Assembly (NCBI GenBank): GCA_964449165.1
Contig: CAYVAT010000002.1
Coordinates: forward strand, 53,436 to 117,435
Direction: 5' to 3'
Origin: an uncultured Eubacteriales bacterium
Lineage (GTDB): Bacteria > Acidobacteriota > Aminicenantia > Aminicenantales > Aminicenantaceae
Length of the DNA stretch: 64,000 nt
Shown here: positions 8,309 through 17,343 of the stretch, one piece after another
Numbering within the stretch: the stretch's first letter is position 1
How the letters are laid out: the number at the start of each line of letters is the position of its first letter
Made by a program: the position numbers and the translations under genes
Notes under the pieces: generated by a model
The model's database searches: none
What the model was told of the DNA's origin: nothing
What the model saw: the letters and a program-made list of their open reading frames with translations, nothing else

Positions 8309-9544
8309 ATGAATTTTTCTGAAATAATAAATGTCGGATTCACAGGATTAGTGACTCATAAGCTCCGTACTTTCCTCACCATGCTTGGAATTATCTTTGG
8401 AGTTGGCGCAGTGATTTCCATGCTTTCCATCGGAGAAGGGGCCAAAAAAGAAGCTCTGGAAATTATTAATCTCATGGGAGCCAAGAACATCATCATCCAG
8501 AATCTTGAATACGAAGAAGACAAGCTTAAGACCATTAGAGAGAAATCCCCCGGGCTTTCCTTAAAGGATTTCAGGGCTTTGCAAGAGGGTGTTCCTTACA
8601 TCAAACATCTTTCTCCTCAAAAATTGATCAAACCTGATTTTATACGATCTATTGACGGAAAGAGTGATGCTCGGGTTATAGGGACTGATTCCCGCTATCC
8701 CTTGACTCTCAACTTGCTATTGGATAGAGGACGCTTTTTCGATGAATATGATAACGCCCAGTATGTGAATGTTTGTGTGATCGGCCATAAAGTCAAGAGA
8801 GACCTCTTCGCTTTTCAAAATCCTATCGGGGAAAGATTAAAAATCAATAACCAATGGTTTGAAGTCATCGGAACAATCCTCAAAAAGGGAAAAGCCAAGG
8901 GTGAGATTGAAGGAATAGAGATAGAGAGCATCTCCAATGATATCTACGTTCCCATCAATACAGCCCTGAAGAAGTTCGAGCTTGAGAAAGATGAATCCCA
9001 GCTCAGCGAAATTGCTGTGACAATGGAGGATCCAGGATATATAAGAGATGCTGCCGTCTATATTGATCGGCTTCTCTATCGCCTCCATCGGAGTACAAAG
9101 GATTACAAAATCATAGTTCCTGAGGAACTCCTTCATCAAACTCAGGAGACCCAGCGCATCTTCAACATTGCCATGGGCTGTATTGCCGGCATTTCCCTGC
9201 TAGTGGGCGGAATTGGCATCATGAATATCATGCTGGCTTCCGTACTGGAAAGAACAAGGGAAATTGGCATAAGACGAGCGGTGGGTGCCAGGCAACTAGA
9301 TGTTATGAGCCAGTTTGTGGCTGAGGCTGTCTTTATCAGCCTTGTTGGAGGAATTTTAGGGATCGGGGCAGGATATGGCATCTCCAAAGTCGTGAGCCTC
9401 TATGCCCATTGGAGGACTTTGATCTCAATCGTCTCGATCGTCATTTCTTCCGGCATAGCTATCTCAGTGGGGTTAATATTCGGGATTTACCCGGCTTACG
9501 TTGCTTCTAAACTGAACCCGATAGAAGCCCTTCGCTATGAATGA
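8309..9544 (+). CDS. ABC transporter permease (MacB/FtsX family), no fused ATPase
   Basis: KLRTFLTMLGIIFGV, SLLVGGIGIMNIMLASVLERTREIGIRRAVGA, C-terminal PIEALRYE. Confidence 0.95.
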   Translation: MNFSEIINVGFTGLVTHKLRTFLTMLGIIFGVGAVISMLSIGEGAKKEALEIINLMGAKNIIIQNLEYEEDKLKTIREKSPGLSLKDFRALQEGVPYIKHLSPQKLIKPDFIRSIDGKSDARVIGTDSRYPLTLNLLLDRGRFFDEYDNAQYVNVCVIGHKVKRDLFAFQNPIGERLKINNQWFEVIGTILKKGKAKGEIEGIEIESISNDIYVPINTALKKFELEKDESQLSEIAVTMEDPGYIRDAAVYIDRLLYRLHRSTKDYKIIVPEELLHQTQETQRIFNIAMGCIAGISLLVGGIGIMNIMLASVLERTREIGIRRAVGARQLDVMSQFVAEAVFISLVGGILGIGAGYGISKVVSLYAHWRTLISIVSIVISSGIAISVGLIFGIYPAYVASKLNPIEALRYE

Positions 9545-9584
9545 TGTTCCGATTCTGTAGATAGAGGATTTACTACTTCACTCT

Positions 9585-10256
9585 TTAAAAGCCGAAGAGA
9601 AGGCCTGCAGTCACGTTGAAAGCGTTCTGATTATGGGGGTCATCAAAGATAACGCTGTAGCGAACATCAATTCTGGCTCCCAAGTTTGAAAGGAGAAAAA
9701 GCTCGATTCCTCCTCCTATGTTGGTTACAAAGTTTGAGGCTTTCTCTGGGGGTAAAAACTCAATCTCGTAACCGTATTCGGAAATGTAAGTTTCCTCCTG
9801 GGCCAGGAGCCTATCCATTCCCACACCAACCAATAAATAAGGACTCAGACGCCTGCCCAATAAGCGATAGACAACATTTAAGCTCAACGCATAATGCTTG
9901 GCCGTATCCACTTCAACCGTATCTAGATCAGAAGGATCCTCGAGGATTACTTTTGTGGAAAAAGCATATCGGGCATCCAGCTCAACACCAAGATGGCGAG
10001 TAATAAAAAGATCCACAGCTGCCCCGAAGTTAAACGAGGCATGGCCAGGCGTCACAGGAAAATCATTCTCTCCCATCACATAATCTTCTTCTTCTCCGTA
10101 TTCAAAGACTTTATACCAACCACCAAAGAGATAAGTCTGGATTTCCTGAGCAGGAGAATGTGCCACACAAACCCCCAGCAGGAAAACTAATATCAGGCTC
10201 CCCAGCTTTATTCTTGATAATCTTCGTTTCCTCATTCTAACCTCACTGTCCTCCAC
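9585..10256 (-). CDS. Outer-membrane beta-barrel (porin-family) protein; likely start ~10235
   Basis: Signal peptide; strands GVELDARY, SPYLLVGVG, NIGGGIE, GARIDVRY; C-terminal VTAGLLFGF. Confidence 0.8.
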   Translation of the reverse strand: MEDSEVRMRKRRLSRIKLGSLILVFLLGVCVAHSPAQEIQTYLFGGWYKVFEYGEEEDYVMGENDFPVTPGHASFNFGAAVDLFITRHLGVELDARYAFSTKVILEDPSDLDTVEVDTAKHYALSLNVVYRLLGRRLSPYLLVGVGMDRLLAQEETYISEYGYEIEFLPPEKASNFVTNIGGGIELFLLSNLGARIDVRYSVIFDDPHNQNAFNVTAGLLFGF

Positions 10257-10456
10257 TTTATATGTTCCAGTACCTCATCAACGGCCCGCAGAAGAGGTGA
10301 CACCGAGATCTGGATGATTGTTCCCTTTTCATAGAGCCGCTCGTACTCGGAAGGAATCCCATTTATAGCAAAGGCCGAGTCTGAAGTCAACGGCTCAGGC
10401 TTTTTCTGTTCGCTTCGTCTAGGTTTTTGGAGCTGCTTTCGTCGGCAGAAATTCAA

Positions 10457-10485
10457 TTGACAGGAATTTCCCCAGTGTATAAGCT
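10457..10485 (+). promoter_or_regulatory. Sigma70-type promoter of the cyclase gene
   Basis: TTGACA-N17-TAAGCT with an upstream TG. Confidence 0.55.
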
Positions 10486-10498
10486 ATAAAAAAGACAA

Positions 10499-12568
10499 AT
10501 GGGGAGAGAAAAGAGGCGGCTGGCAGCGGTCATGTTCACCGATATTGTCGGCTACAGCGCGCTCAGCCAGAAAAACGAGAAACTTGCTCTCGAGTTATTA
10601 GAGGACCATCGTTTGCTCCTCCGTCCCCAATTCCAGAAGTACAACGGAAAAGAGATCAAGACGATCGGCGACGCCTTCCTCGTGGAATTCCAAAGCGCTG
10701 TCGAGGCCGTTGAGTGCGCGATAGTAATCCAGAAAGAACTCCAGGCGAGCAGTGCCCTTCTTCCTCCGGAGAAGAGGATCCAGGTCCGGATCGGAATCCA
10801 TGTAGGTGACATCGTCCACCGAGAAGGCGATATTTACGGGGATGGCGTCAACATCGCCTCGCGGATCCAGCCCCTGGCCGAGCCGGGAGGGATTTGCCTT
10901 TCTGAGCAGGTCGTGGACCAGGTCCGCAACAAGATAAAAGCACCGATTGTCAGCCTGGGGATACACAGTTTGAAAAACATCGAGGATCCCCAGAAAATCT
11001 TCTACGTTGTCCTTCCCTGGCAGGAAGAGAAACCCCTCAAGCCTGCCCCATCGATCTCGTTGCCCAAGGAGAGTAGAAAAAGATGGCTGGTTCCCTCGCT
11101 GATCGGAGCGGGGGTTCTCATCGTTGCTTCTGTTTCCCTGCTTCTTTTAATCAAGAAGGGAATCCTTACCCCACCCAGGCCACAGAAAATCCGATCATTA
11201 GCGGTGCTGCCGCTCCAGAATCTTTCCGCAGACCCAACCCAGGAATATTTTTCGGATGGCATGACCGAATCACTCATCACCGAGCTCTCCAAGATCAAGG
11301 CTCTGCGCATTATCTCCCGGACCTCGGTGATGCGCTACAAGAAAACCAAGAAGTCTCTCCCCGAGATCGCCAAGGAGCTCAACGTTGAGGCTGCTATCGA
11401 AGGTTCCGCTCTCCTTGCAGGAGACCGAGTGCGGATTACCGCTCAACTGATCAAGGCTGATCCGGAACGGCATCTCTGGGCAGAAGAATACGAGCGGGAT
11501 TTCCGCGATATCCTCGCCCTACAGAGTGAAGTCGCGCGGGCAATTGCCAGAGAAATCCGTATCACGCTTACTCCGGAGGAAAAAAAGAGACTGGAAAGCA
11601 TCCACCCTATTAACCCAGATGCTCATAAGGCATATCTCAAAGGCCGCTTTCTGATCAACAAGTTCACAGAGGATGGCGTCAGGAATGGGATGAAATCCTT
11701 CAGGCAGGCACTCGTGATCGACCCTGGATTTGCCCTCGCCCATGCCGGCCTGGCAGAGGCCTTTGACATACTGACCTCAGCGGGCTGGATCTCGCCGCAG
11801 GAAGGGTGGCCGCGAGTCCAGGAAGAAGCCGAGAAAGCTCTCTCTCTGGACAAGACACTCGGGGAACCACGGGTTCTTCTGGCAGATTATAAATTCCTCG
11901 TCGCCTGGGATTTTAAAGGCGCAGAACAGGAATTTCAACGGGCTATCGAACTCAATCCCGGGAATTCTACGGCTCACCAATACTATGCCATCTTCCTTTC
12001 GGCAATGGGGCGGCATGAGGAAGCGATCGAGCTCAACCGACATGCCCTCGAGCTCGACCCTCTTTCGTTGAGCATCAATCAGAGTATGGGAGCGATTTAC
12101 CGGTTTGCCCGCCAGTATGACCTTTCTCTCCAACAACTCAAGGCGTCAGTCGACCTTGACCCCAATTTTGCCTGGACATATTGGTCCTTGGGAGAAGCCT
12201 ATGTCCACAAGGGAATGTACGAAAAGGCTGTGAATGAGCTCCAGAAGGCCATCGATCTGTCCGGAGAGAATATGGCCCTTATCCAGGCGGATTTGGCCTG
12301 TTCCTTTGCCCTCTGGGGCAAAAAGAAAGAGGCTCAGTCGATCCTCGAGGATCTTCACAGTCAGTCCCACAAGAAGTATGTCTCACCTTTCAGCATAGCA
12401 ACAATTTATGCTGCCCTGGGAGAAAGGGACAGGGCTTTTTCCTGGCTCGAGAAGGCCTTTGCGGAGCGGGCTAATAATCTCGTCTTTCTCAGGGTCGATC
12501 CCCGGCTGGATAGCCTTCGTCACGATCCCCGCTTTGACGATTTCCTCACTCGAGTAGGACTGAAATAA
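10499..12568 (+). CDS. Class III adenylate/guanylate cyclase + TM + TolB-N-like domain + TPR repeats
   Basis: MFTDIVGYS, IKTIGDAF, RIGIHVGD, IYGDGVNIASR (catalytic D, D, K, N, R kept); SLAVLPLQNLS...QEYFSDGMTESLITELS; TPRs; LRHDPRF tail. Confidence 0.93.
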   Translation: MGREKRRLAAVMFTDIVGYSALSQKNEKLALELLEDHRLLLRPQFQKYNGKEIKTIGDAFLVEFQSAVEAVECAIVIQKELQASSALLPPEKRIQVRIGIHVGDIVHREGDIYGDGVNIASRIQPLAEPGGICLSEQVVDQVRNKIKAPIVSLGIHSLKNIEDPQKIFYVVLPWQEEKPLKPAPSISLPKESRKRWLVPSLIGAGVLIVASVSLLLLIKKGILTPPRPQKIRSLAVLPLQNLSADPTQEYFSDGMTESLITELSKIKALRIISRTSVMRYKKTKKSLPEIAKELNVEAAIEGSALLAGDRVRITAQLIKADPERHLWAEEYERDFRDILALQSEVARAIAREIRITLTPEEKKRLESIHPINPDAHKAYLKGRFLINKFTEDGVRNGMKSFRQALVIDPGFALAHAGLAEAFDILTSAGWISPQEGWPRVQEEAEKALSLDKTLGEPRVLLADYKFLVAWDFKGAEQEFQRAIELNPGNSTAHQYYAIFLSAMGRHEEAIELNRHALELDPLSLSINQSMGAIYRFARQYDLSLQQLKASVDLDPNFAWTYWSLGEAYVHKGMYEKAVNELQKAIDLSGENMALIQADLACSFALWGKKKEAQSILEDLHSQSHKKYVSPFSIATIYAALGERDRAFSWLEKAFAERANNLVFLRVDPRLDSLRHDPRFDDFLTRVGLK

Positions 12569-12631
12569 GAGAAATAAAAACAGCTTTCAGATGTGCTTCA
12601 AAACATAAGCAAAGTAAGAAAGAGCAGCTAT

Positions 12632-14305
12632 TTATCCCTGCCTTACAAAGCGAAGATTTCTCACCCGCCCGGCATCCAGCATAAAGGCGTTTATCTTTTT
12701 CTCTTTATCCCGGATAAAGCGAATCCTAAAACCGCGGACAGAAAACCAATCCTTGAGAGTGGGCTGAAGAGAAGGTTTGGGAGCATTCCTGTGGATAAAA
12801 AAGAGTCTCCCTTTTTTGAGGACCATGCGGAATGTAACCTGGAGTTCCTCGCTGTGGTAGTCTCCGACATATTCTTTAAGCTGTTCTGCTGTGGGGTTAA
12901 CTCTCTGGAAAGATTCATAGGTCTCAGGTTCCTCCCCTTCAGGAAAAATATGCATGACTATGGGTTTTCCTTTCTCCTGCTTCTCAAATTTAATAGCAGC
13001 TTGGAAGGGTCCCTTTAGCACCTGAAATTCTGTCTCGCTTCGAGCGCCCAAAGGGAACTGCTGACCAAAAGCATAGAGAACCAACTGATTTTTTTTAAGT
13101 AAAATTCTTCTTAAGTTTCCGGTCTTGCAGTCGATGTAATCGCCGACTTTTGCCTTAAGTTTACTCTCTGGAAGCTTTGCGAATTCCTTCTGAAGCTTGG
13201 CTTCAGGCTTTTCTTCCTCTTTAAACTGATCGGCAAGATAGATATCAGCCACCTGACGGGAAAGCTTCATCGGGTTAACGGAGCTGAGGTTTGAAAGACA
13301 GATCACTGAGAATCTCTGCTCGGGGAAACGGAGAAAGGCAGCTTTGTAGCCTTCCAGCGCTCCTCCATGGCTGACGGTCTTTAAACCTCTATAACTCTTT
13401 ATGGTGAGGGCGAAGGCATAGTCGAGCTTTTCGCCGCTGTTTAAAGCCCCCTTTGTATGCATCATATCAATCACTTCTTCGCCCCCGACTCTTTTACGGG
13501 AAAAGTTCTGGTCCCAGAGAAAAAGGTCCTCCACAGAGGTAAACAAGCCCCCGGATCCAACACAGTCGAAGGTGGATATAAAATTTTTGAACCTCCTGCC
13601 TCCACCAGGGAAGTAACCGGAGGCTCTGTTCCTGATTAGCCTTTGATAATCATCATGGAAATGTGAATTCTTCATCCCAAGAGGCTTGAAGATGTTTTCC
13701 TCTGCAAACTCTCGAAGAGTCCTGCCGCTAGCCCGTTCCACGATCACGCCCAGAAGGAAATAACCGGAATTGCTGTAAAGGTACTCTTCTCCTGGCGCAA
13801 AATTCAGCTCCCTCTGGCGAGCGATGAGTTCGAGTACATCCTGCTCATGATAATAACCAAAAGGAAGGCCAGCGATGTCCTCTAAAGCAAGATAATCACG
13901 AAGCCCGCTGGTGTGGTGGATGAGATGCCGGATTGTGATCGGTATCCCATAATCTGGAATCTCCGGGAGATACTTCCGGATATCTTCATCCAAAGAGAGT
14001 TTGTCCTGGCTGGCTAGCAAGGCTACGGCAAAGGCTACGAATTGTTTGGAAACCGACCCGATATAAAAGACGCTTTGGGGAGTGATGGGAATGTTGTGTT
14101 CCAGGTTAGCCATGCCATAGCCCCGTTTATAGATGATTCTGCCTCCATGGATGATGGCCAGGGCACACCCTGGTGAATCCGTCTTATCCCACGCTGAGAA
14201 AAGCTTGTCGACTCTCTCCGCTCTTTGGTCTGCATAATCCAGAGAGAGAAAAATAAAAAAGAAAAGAATTGCGAAAACTGTAAGCTTTGTCGGCCTTTTC
14301 TTCAT
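12632..14305 (-). CDS. Serine hydrolase (beta-lactamase class C / peptidase S12 family) with C-terminal extension
   Basis: Signal peptide; GSVSKQF (SxxK), LIHHTSGL, YSNSGY (YxN), SHGG. Confidence 0.92.
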   Translation of the reverse strand: MKKRPTKLTVFAILFFFIFLSLDYADQRAERVDKLFSAWDKTDSPGCALAIIHGGRIIYKRGYGMANLEHNIPITPQSVFYIGSVSKQFVAFAVALLASQDKLSLDEDIRKYLPEIPDYGIPITIRHLIHHTSGLRDYLALEDIAGLPFGYYHEQDVLELIARQRELNFAPGEEYLYSNSGYFLLGVIVERASGRTLREFAEENIFKPLGMKNSHFHDDYQRLIRNRASGYFPGGGRRFKNFISTFDCVGSGGLFTSVEDLFLWDQNFSRKRVGGEEVIDMMHTKGALNSGEKLDYAFALTIKSYRGLKTVSHGGALEGYKAAFLRFPEQRFSVICLSNLSSVNPMKLSRQVADIYLADQFKEEEKPEAKLQKEFAKLPESKLKAKVGDYIDCKTGNLRRILLKKNQLVLYAFGQQFPLGARSETEFQVLKGPFQAAIKFEKQEKGKPIVMHIFPEGEEPETYESFQRVNPTAEQLKEYVGDYHSEELQVTFRMVLKKGRLFFIHRNAPKPSLQPTLKDWFSVRGFRIRFIRDKEKKINAFMLDAGRVRNLRFVRQG

Positions 14306-14364
14306 GATTTTTGGAACCTCCTTTGGATGGATTCAATATGGACCTATCTTTTTCAATAAGAATC

Positions 14365-15387
14365 TTATATCTCACTCAACAGTTTCAAGGATTTATCAAC
14401 GATGCGTTTAACATTCGGAAGCACCTCTTCCTCCAGGCTTCTGGAATAAGGCAAAGCATCATCTGTACAGACTCGAGCATATTTTACAGAAATACCTGCC
14501 TCCAGCACCGTCGCTGCTAGCTCACCGGATAAGCCGAAGCTTTTGTAATCTTCATCAATCACTACTAAACGTTCGCTTTTTGAGACTTCTTCTAATATTG
14601 CTTCTTTATCCAGAGGAGCAACGGTTCTTAAGTCTATGACAGAAGCTGAAATTCCTTTCTTCTCGAGAAGCGCCGCAGCTTCGAGGCATCTGTGGACACC
14701 TACCCCTAAGCTCACAAGAACTAGATCCTGGCCACTTCTTCTAATTGCGGCCTTGCCCAGAGGAATGGAGCTCCAACGGTCAGGAACAGGCCCCGATGCA
14801 CCTTCAGGGGGGACATCAAACCGAACAGCCTTGCGCCCTCCTCTTCCCATTAAATCCAGCCAGTCCTCCGAAAGAAGCTTATGCTCTAGGTAGATGACTG
14901 GCTCGTCGTGTTCAATAGCCGCAATCATAAGTCTGCCTGCATCTTCGGGGGTGGAAGGGACAACAACTGAAAGACCAGGTATGTGGGCCAACCATCCCCA
15001 TAAGCTCTGCTCGTGTTGACCTCCATCTCCATAGCCTCCTCCACAGGCGGTTCTCACCACAAGAGGCACATTCCATTTTCCGCCAGAGAACTGCTTGATC
15101 TTGGCAGCATGATTGAGTAAAGAATCCATAGCCGTTCCTATAAAATCAACAAGCATGACTTCAACAACTGGCCGGAGGCCTGCCATGGCTGCTGCCACAG
15201 AAGTCCCAACAAAGGCAGACTCACTGATAGGAGTAGCCCGAACCCGCTCCTCTCCAAAGCACATAAAAAGATTGAGGCGCAAGGCTTGAACATCCTCACC
15301 CACAATGATCACCCTCGAATCCTCTGCCATGACCTGGAGTAGAGTATCCTCTATGGCTTCAGAAAAGCTCATTCGTCTCATTTTCAC
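14365..15387 (-). CDS. 2-oxoacid/acetoin dehydrogenase E1 beta subunit (transketolase C-terminal family)
   Basis: GEDV, TPISESAF, GLRPVVE, QHEQ, IDLRTVAPLD motifs. Confidence 0.92.
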   Translation of the reverse strand: MKMRRMSFSEAIEDTLLQVMAEDSRVIIVGEDVQALRLNLFMCFGEERVRATPISESAFVGTSVAAAMAGLRPVVEVMLVDFIGTAMDSLLNHAAKIKQFSGGKWNVPLVVRTACGGGYGDGGQHEQSLWGWLAHIPGLSVVVPSTPEDAGRLMIAAIEHDEPVIYLEHKLLSEDWLDLMGRGGRKAVRFDVPPEGASGPVPDRWSSIPLGKAAIRRSGQDLVLVSLGVGVHRCLEAAALLEKKGISASVIDLRTVAPLDKEAILEEVSKSERLVVIDEDYKSFGLSGELAATVLEAGISVKYARVCTDDALPYSRSLEEEVLPNVKRIVDKSLKLLSEI

Positions 15388-16421
15388 TCCCTCCTTACAT
15401 TTCCCTCAAAAGAAAGAGCCTTCTTCACAGCTTCATCTATCTCCTTTTTGACTTCACTCTCTATATGCACTAAGCGGTCCTTATTTTTACTTAATTTCTG
15501 GCGCGCTCTACTCAGGGGATCACGCTCGCTTTCTCTTCTGGCAGAGCCTGCCCGTCTTATCAAGGAAATCAATTTGACCATATTGGCCAAGCGCTGACTG
15601 CGACTGATTCCCTTTTTGGAGAAGATGGTGCGTATAGAGCTTCCCAGATACTTTCCCATCTCTTTAAACGGGTTCCTGGCGATTCGAAGCAGAGGGTCTC
15701 CCAGAAAATGCCCTTCAAGATGGAAACAATGAGCTCTCAGAAATACCGGCCCAGCACCGTTTCGGATTCTCTGCATGGCCTTCTGGCTCGCCTTCCAGAC
15801 CTCCTCCACCTCAGTCCCATCAACTTCCATAACAGACATGCCAAACCCAGCCACTCTTTCGATCAAATCTCCTCCGGTAACCTCGGGAGAAAGGGTTGAA
15901 ATTGCCAGCTCATTGTCCTTGCAGACAAAAAAAAGGGGGAGTTTCCAGACGACCGCCAAGTTCAATGACTCCAGCAACATCCCCTGATTCATAGCTCCTT
16001 CACCAAAAAAAGCAAGAGCCAACTTTTTCGGTCGGAAGAATTGGGCAGCCAGTGCAAAGCCAGCCGCAAAGGGAGCGGCTGCCCCGACAATACCAGAAGA
16101 TGCGATGAGAAATTCAGGGGAAAAAAGATGCATGTGCCCTCCCATTCCACCACAGAGACCTTTGGGATGACCGAGGAATTCTCTTAATAAAAGCACCAAA
16201 TCCACTCCTCGCATGACAAGAGGAGGCGTCCCTCTGTGATCAAGAGCCATTGCATCACCCTCTTGAAGCTGAGTGACAATGCCTGCAGCAATAGCTTCTT
16301 CTCCCATCCCTAGGTGCATCTCTCCAGAAATTTTTCCGTCCATCCAAATCTTCTTGACTCTCTCTTCAAAGAGTCTAGAGCGAAACATGTGCTTATAAAG
16401 AAACCACAGGTCAGGGTCCAT
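15384..16421 (-). CDS. 2-oxoacid/acetoin dehydrogenase E1 alpha subunit (ThDP-binding)
   Basis: GEMHLGMGEEA, HRG, GGHMHL, ThDP motif FGEGAMNQG...DN, EGHFLGD (AcoA-like). Confidence 0.92.
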   Translation of the reverse strand: MDPDLWFLYKHMFRSRLFEERVKKIWMDGKISGEMHLGMGEEAIAAGIVTQLQEGDAMALDHRGTPPLVMRGVDLVLLLREFLGHPKGLCGGMGGHMHLFSPEFLIASSGIVGAAAPFAAGFALAAQFFRPKKLALAFFGEGAMNQGMLLESLNLAVVWKLPLFFVCKDNELAISTLSPEVTGGDLIERVAGFGMSVMEVDGTEVEEVWKASQKAMQRIRNGAGPVFLRAHCFHLEGHFLGDPLLRIARNPFKEMGKYLGSSIRTIFSKKGISRSQRLANMVKLISLIRRAGSARRESERDPLSRARQKLSKNKDRLVHIESEVKKEIDEAVKKALSFEGNVRRE

Positions 16422-16640
16422 GCTTTCCTCCTCTGTAACAACACATGTTCTTGGGTATATATCCCGCCTTCAAGGCTATAGCCATTCTTCTATAAAATAA
16501 TGAAATTGCTTTCTTTTTACTATACCATAGGAGTAAGAATGGGGGTTAAAATAAACATCCCATTTTGCATTTTTCGAGTAACCAGCTGCATAATCAAGAG
16601 ATTTCGAATGACAAGAATGAGACAGGCGAACACTCAAGTG

Positions 16641-17336
16641 ATGAAAATTGAAAATCCGCACGTCTGTCAAATTATCGAACGCCTCAACCGGTTTGTGGTG
16701 TTGATAGAGAGCAACGAAAAATTCTATCGAGCCCATATCAACAACACCGGCAGGCTCCACGATTACTTGGTCAAAGGGAGGAAGGCTTTCTGTTGCCGCA
16801 ATGAAAATCCTGGAAAGACAGATTTCAGGCTGTTCGCCGTAGAAGAAGGAACTCAAGGAGCCTTGATCGACACCCAGTTTCAGATGAGGGCCCTAGAGAA
16901 ATCCTTAAAGGCAAATCATATACACTGGCTTAAGGGCTGCAGCATCAGTAAGAGAAACGCAAGACTGGGGGCATCGCTCATAGATTATTTATTGGTGGAT
17001 GAAGAAGGATTAGTGTATGTCGAAGTAAAAAGTGCTGTCTTAAGAGAAGCTCAGTACGCCATGTATCCCGATTGCCCCTCCCTCCGCGGACAGAAACATA
17101 TCCGTGAAATTTCTTCTTGGATCAAGAAGGGAGGACGAGGAATAATTGTGTTCATGGCCGCATTGCCGCAGGTGGAAGCATTCAAACCTAATAAAGTGGC
17201 TGACCCGAAAATCTATGAGCTTCTGATTAAAGCAGTTCGAATCGGAGTCGAGGTGAAGGCTATCAGCCTCTATTATAATCCACAAGACTCCTTTATCTAT
17301 CTCACTAATCCTGATCTGGAAGTGGATCTCAGTTAG
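16641..17336 (+). CDS. sfsA: SfsA family DNA/RNA nuclease (sugar fermentation stimulation protein A)
   Basis: RLNRF, HINNTGRL, IDYLL, VEVKS, YPDCPSLRGQKHIRE. The likely start is 16641 (MKIENP); the ORF track extends to 16500. Confidence 0.93.
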   Translation: MKIENPHVCQIIERLNRFVVLIESNEKFYRAHINNTGRLHDYLVKGRKAFCCRNENPGKTDFRLFAVEEGTQGALIDTQFQMRALEKSLKANHIHWLKGCSISKRNARLGASLIDYLLVDEEGLVYVEVKSAVLREAQYAMYPDCPSLRGQKHIREISSWIKKGGRGIIVFMAALPQVEAFKPNKVADPKIYELLIKAVRIGVEVKAISLYYNPQDSFIYLTNPDLEVDLS

Positions 17337-17343
17337 ACTGAAT

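Noticed and set aside
16500-16640. N-terminal extension of SfsA in the ORF track
   Set aside because: Family homology starts at MKIENP (16641); the extension is intergenic sequence read through.
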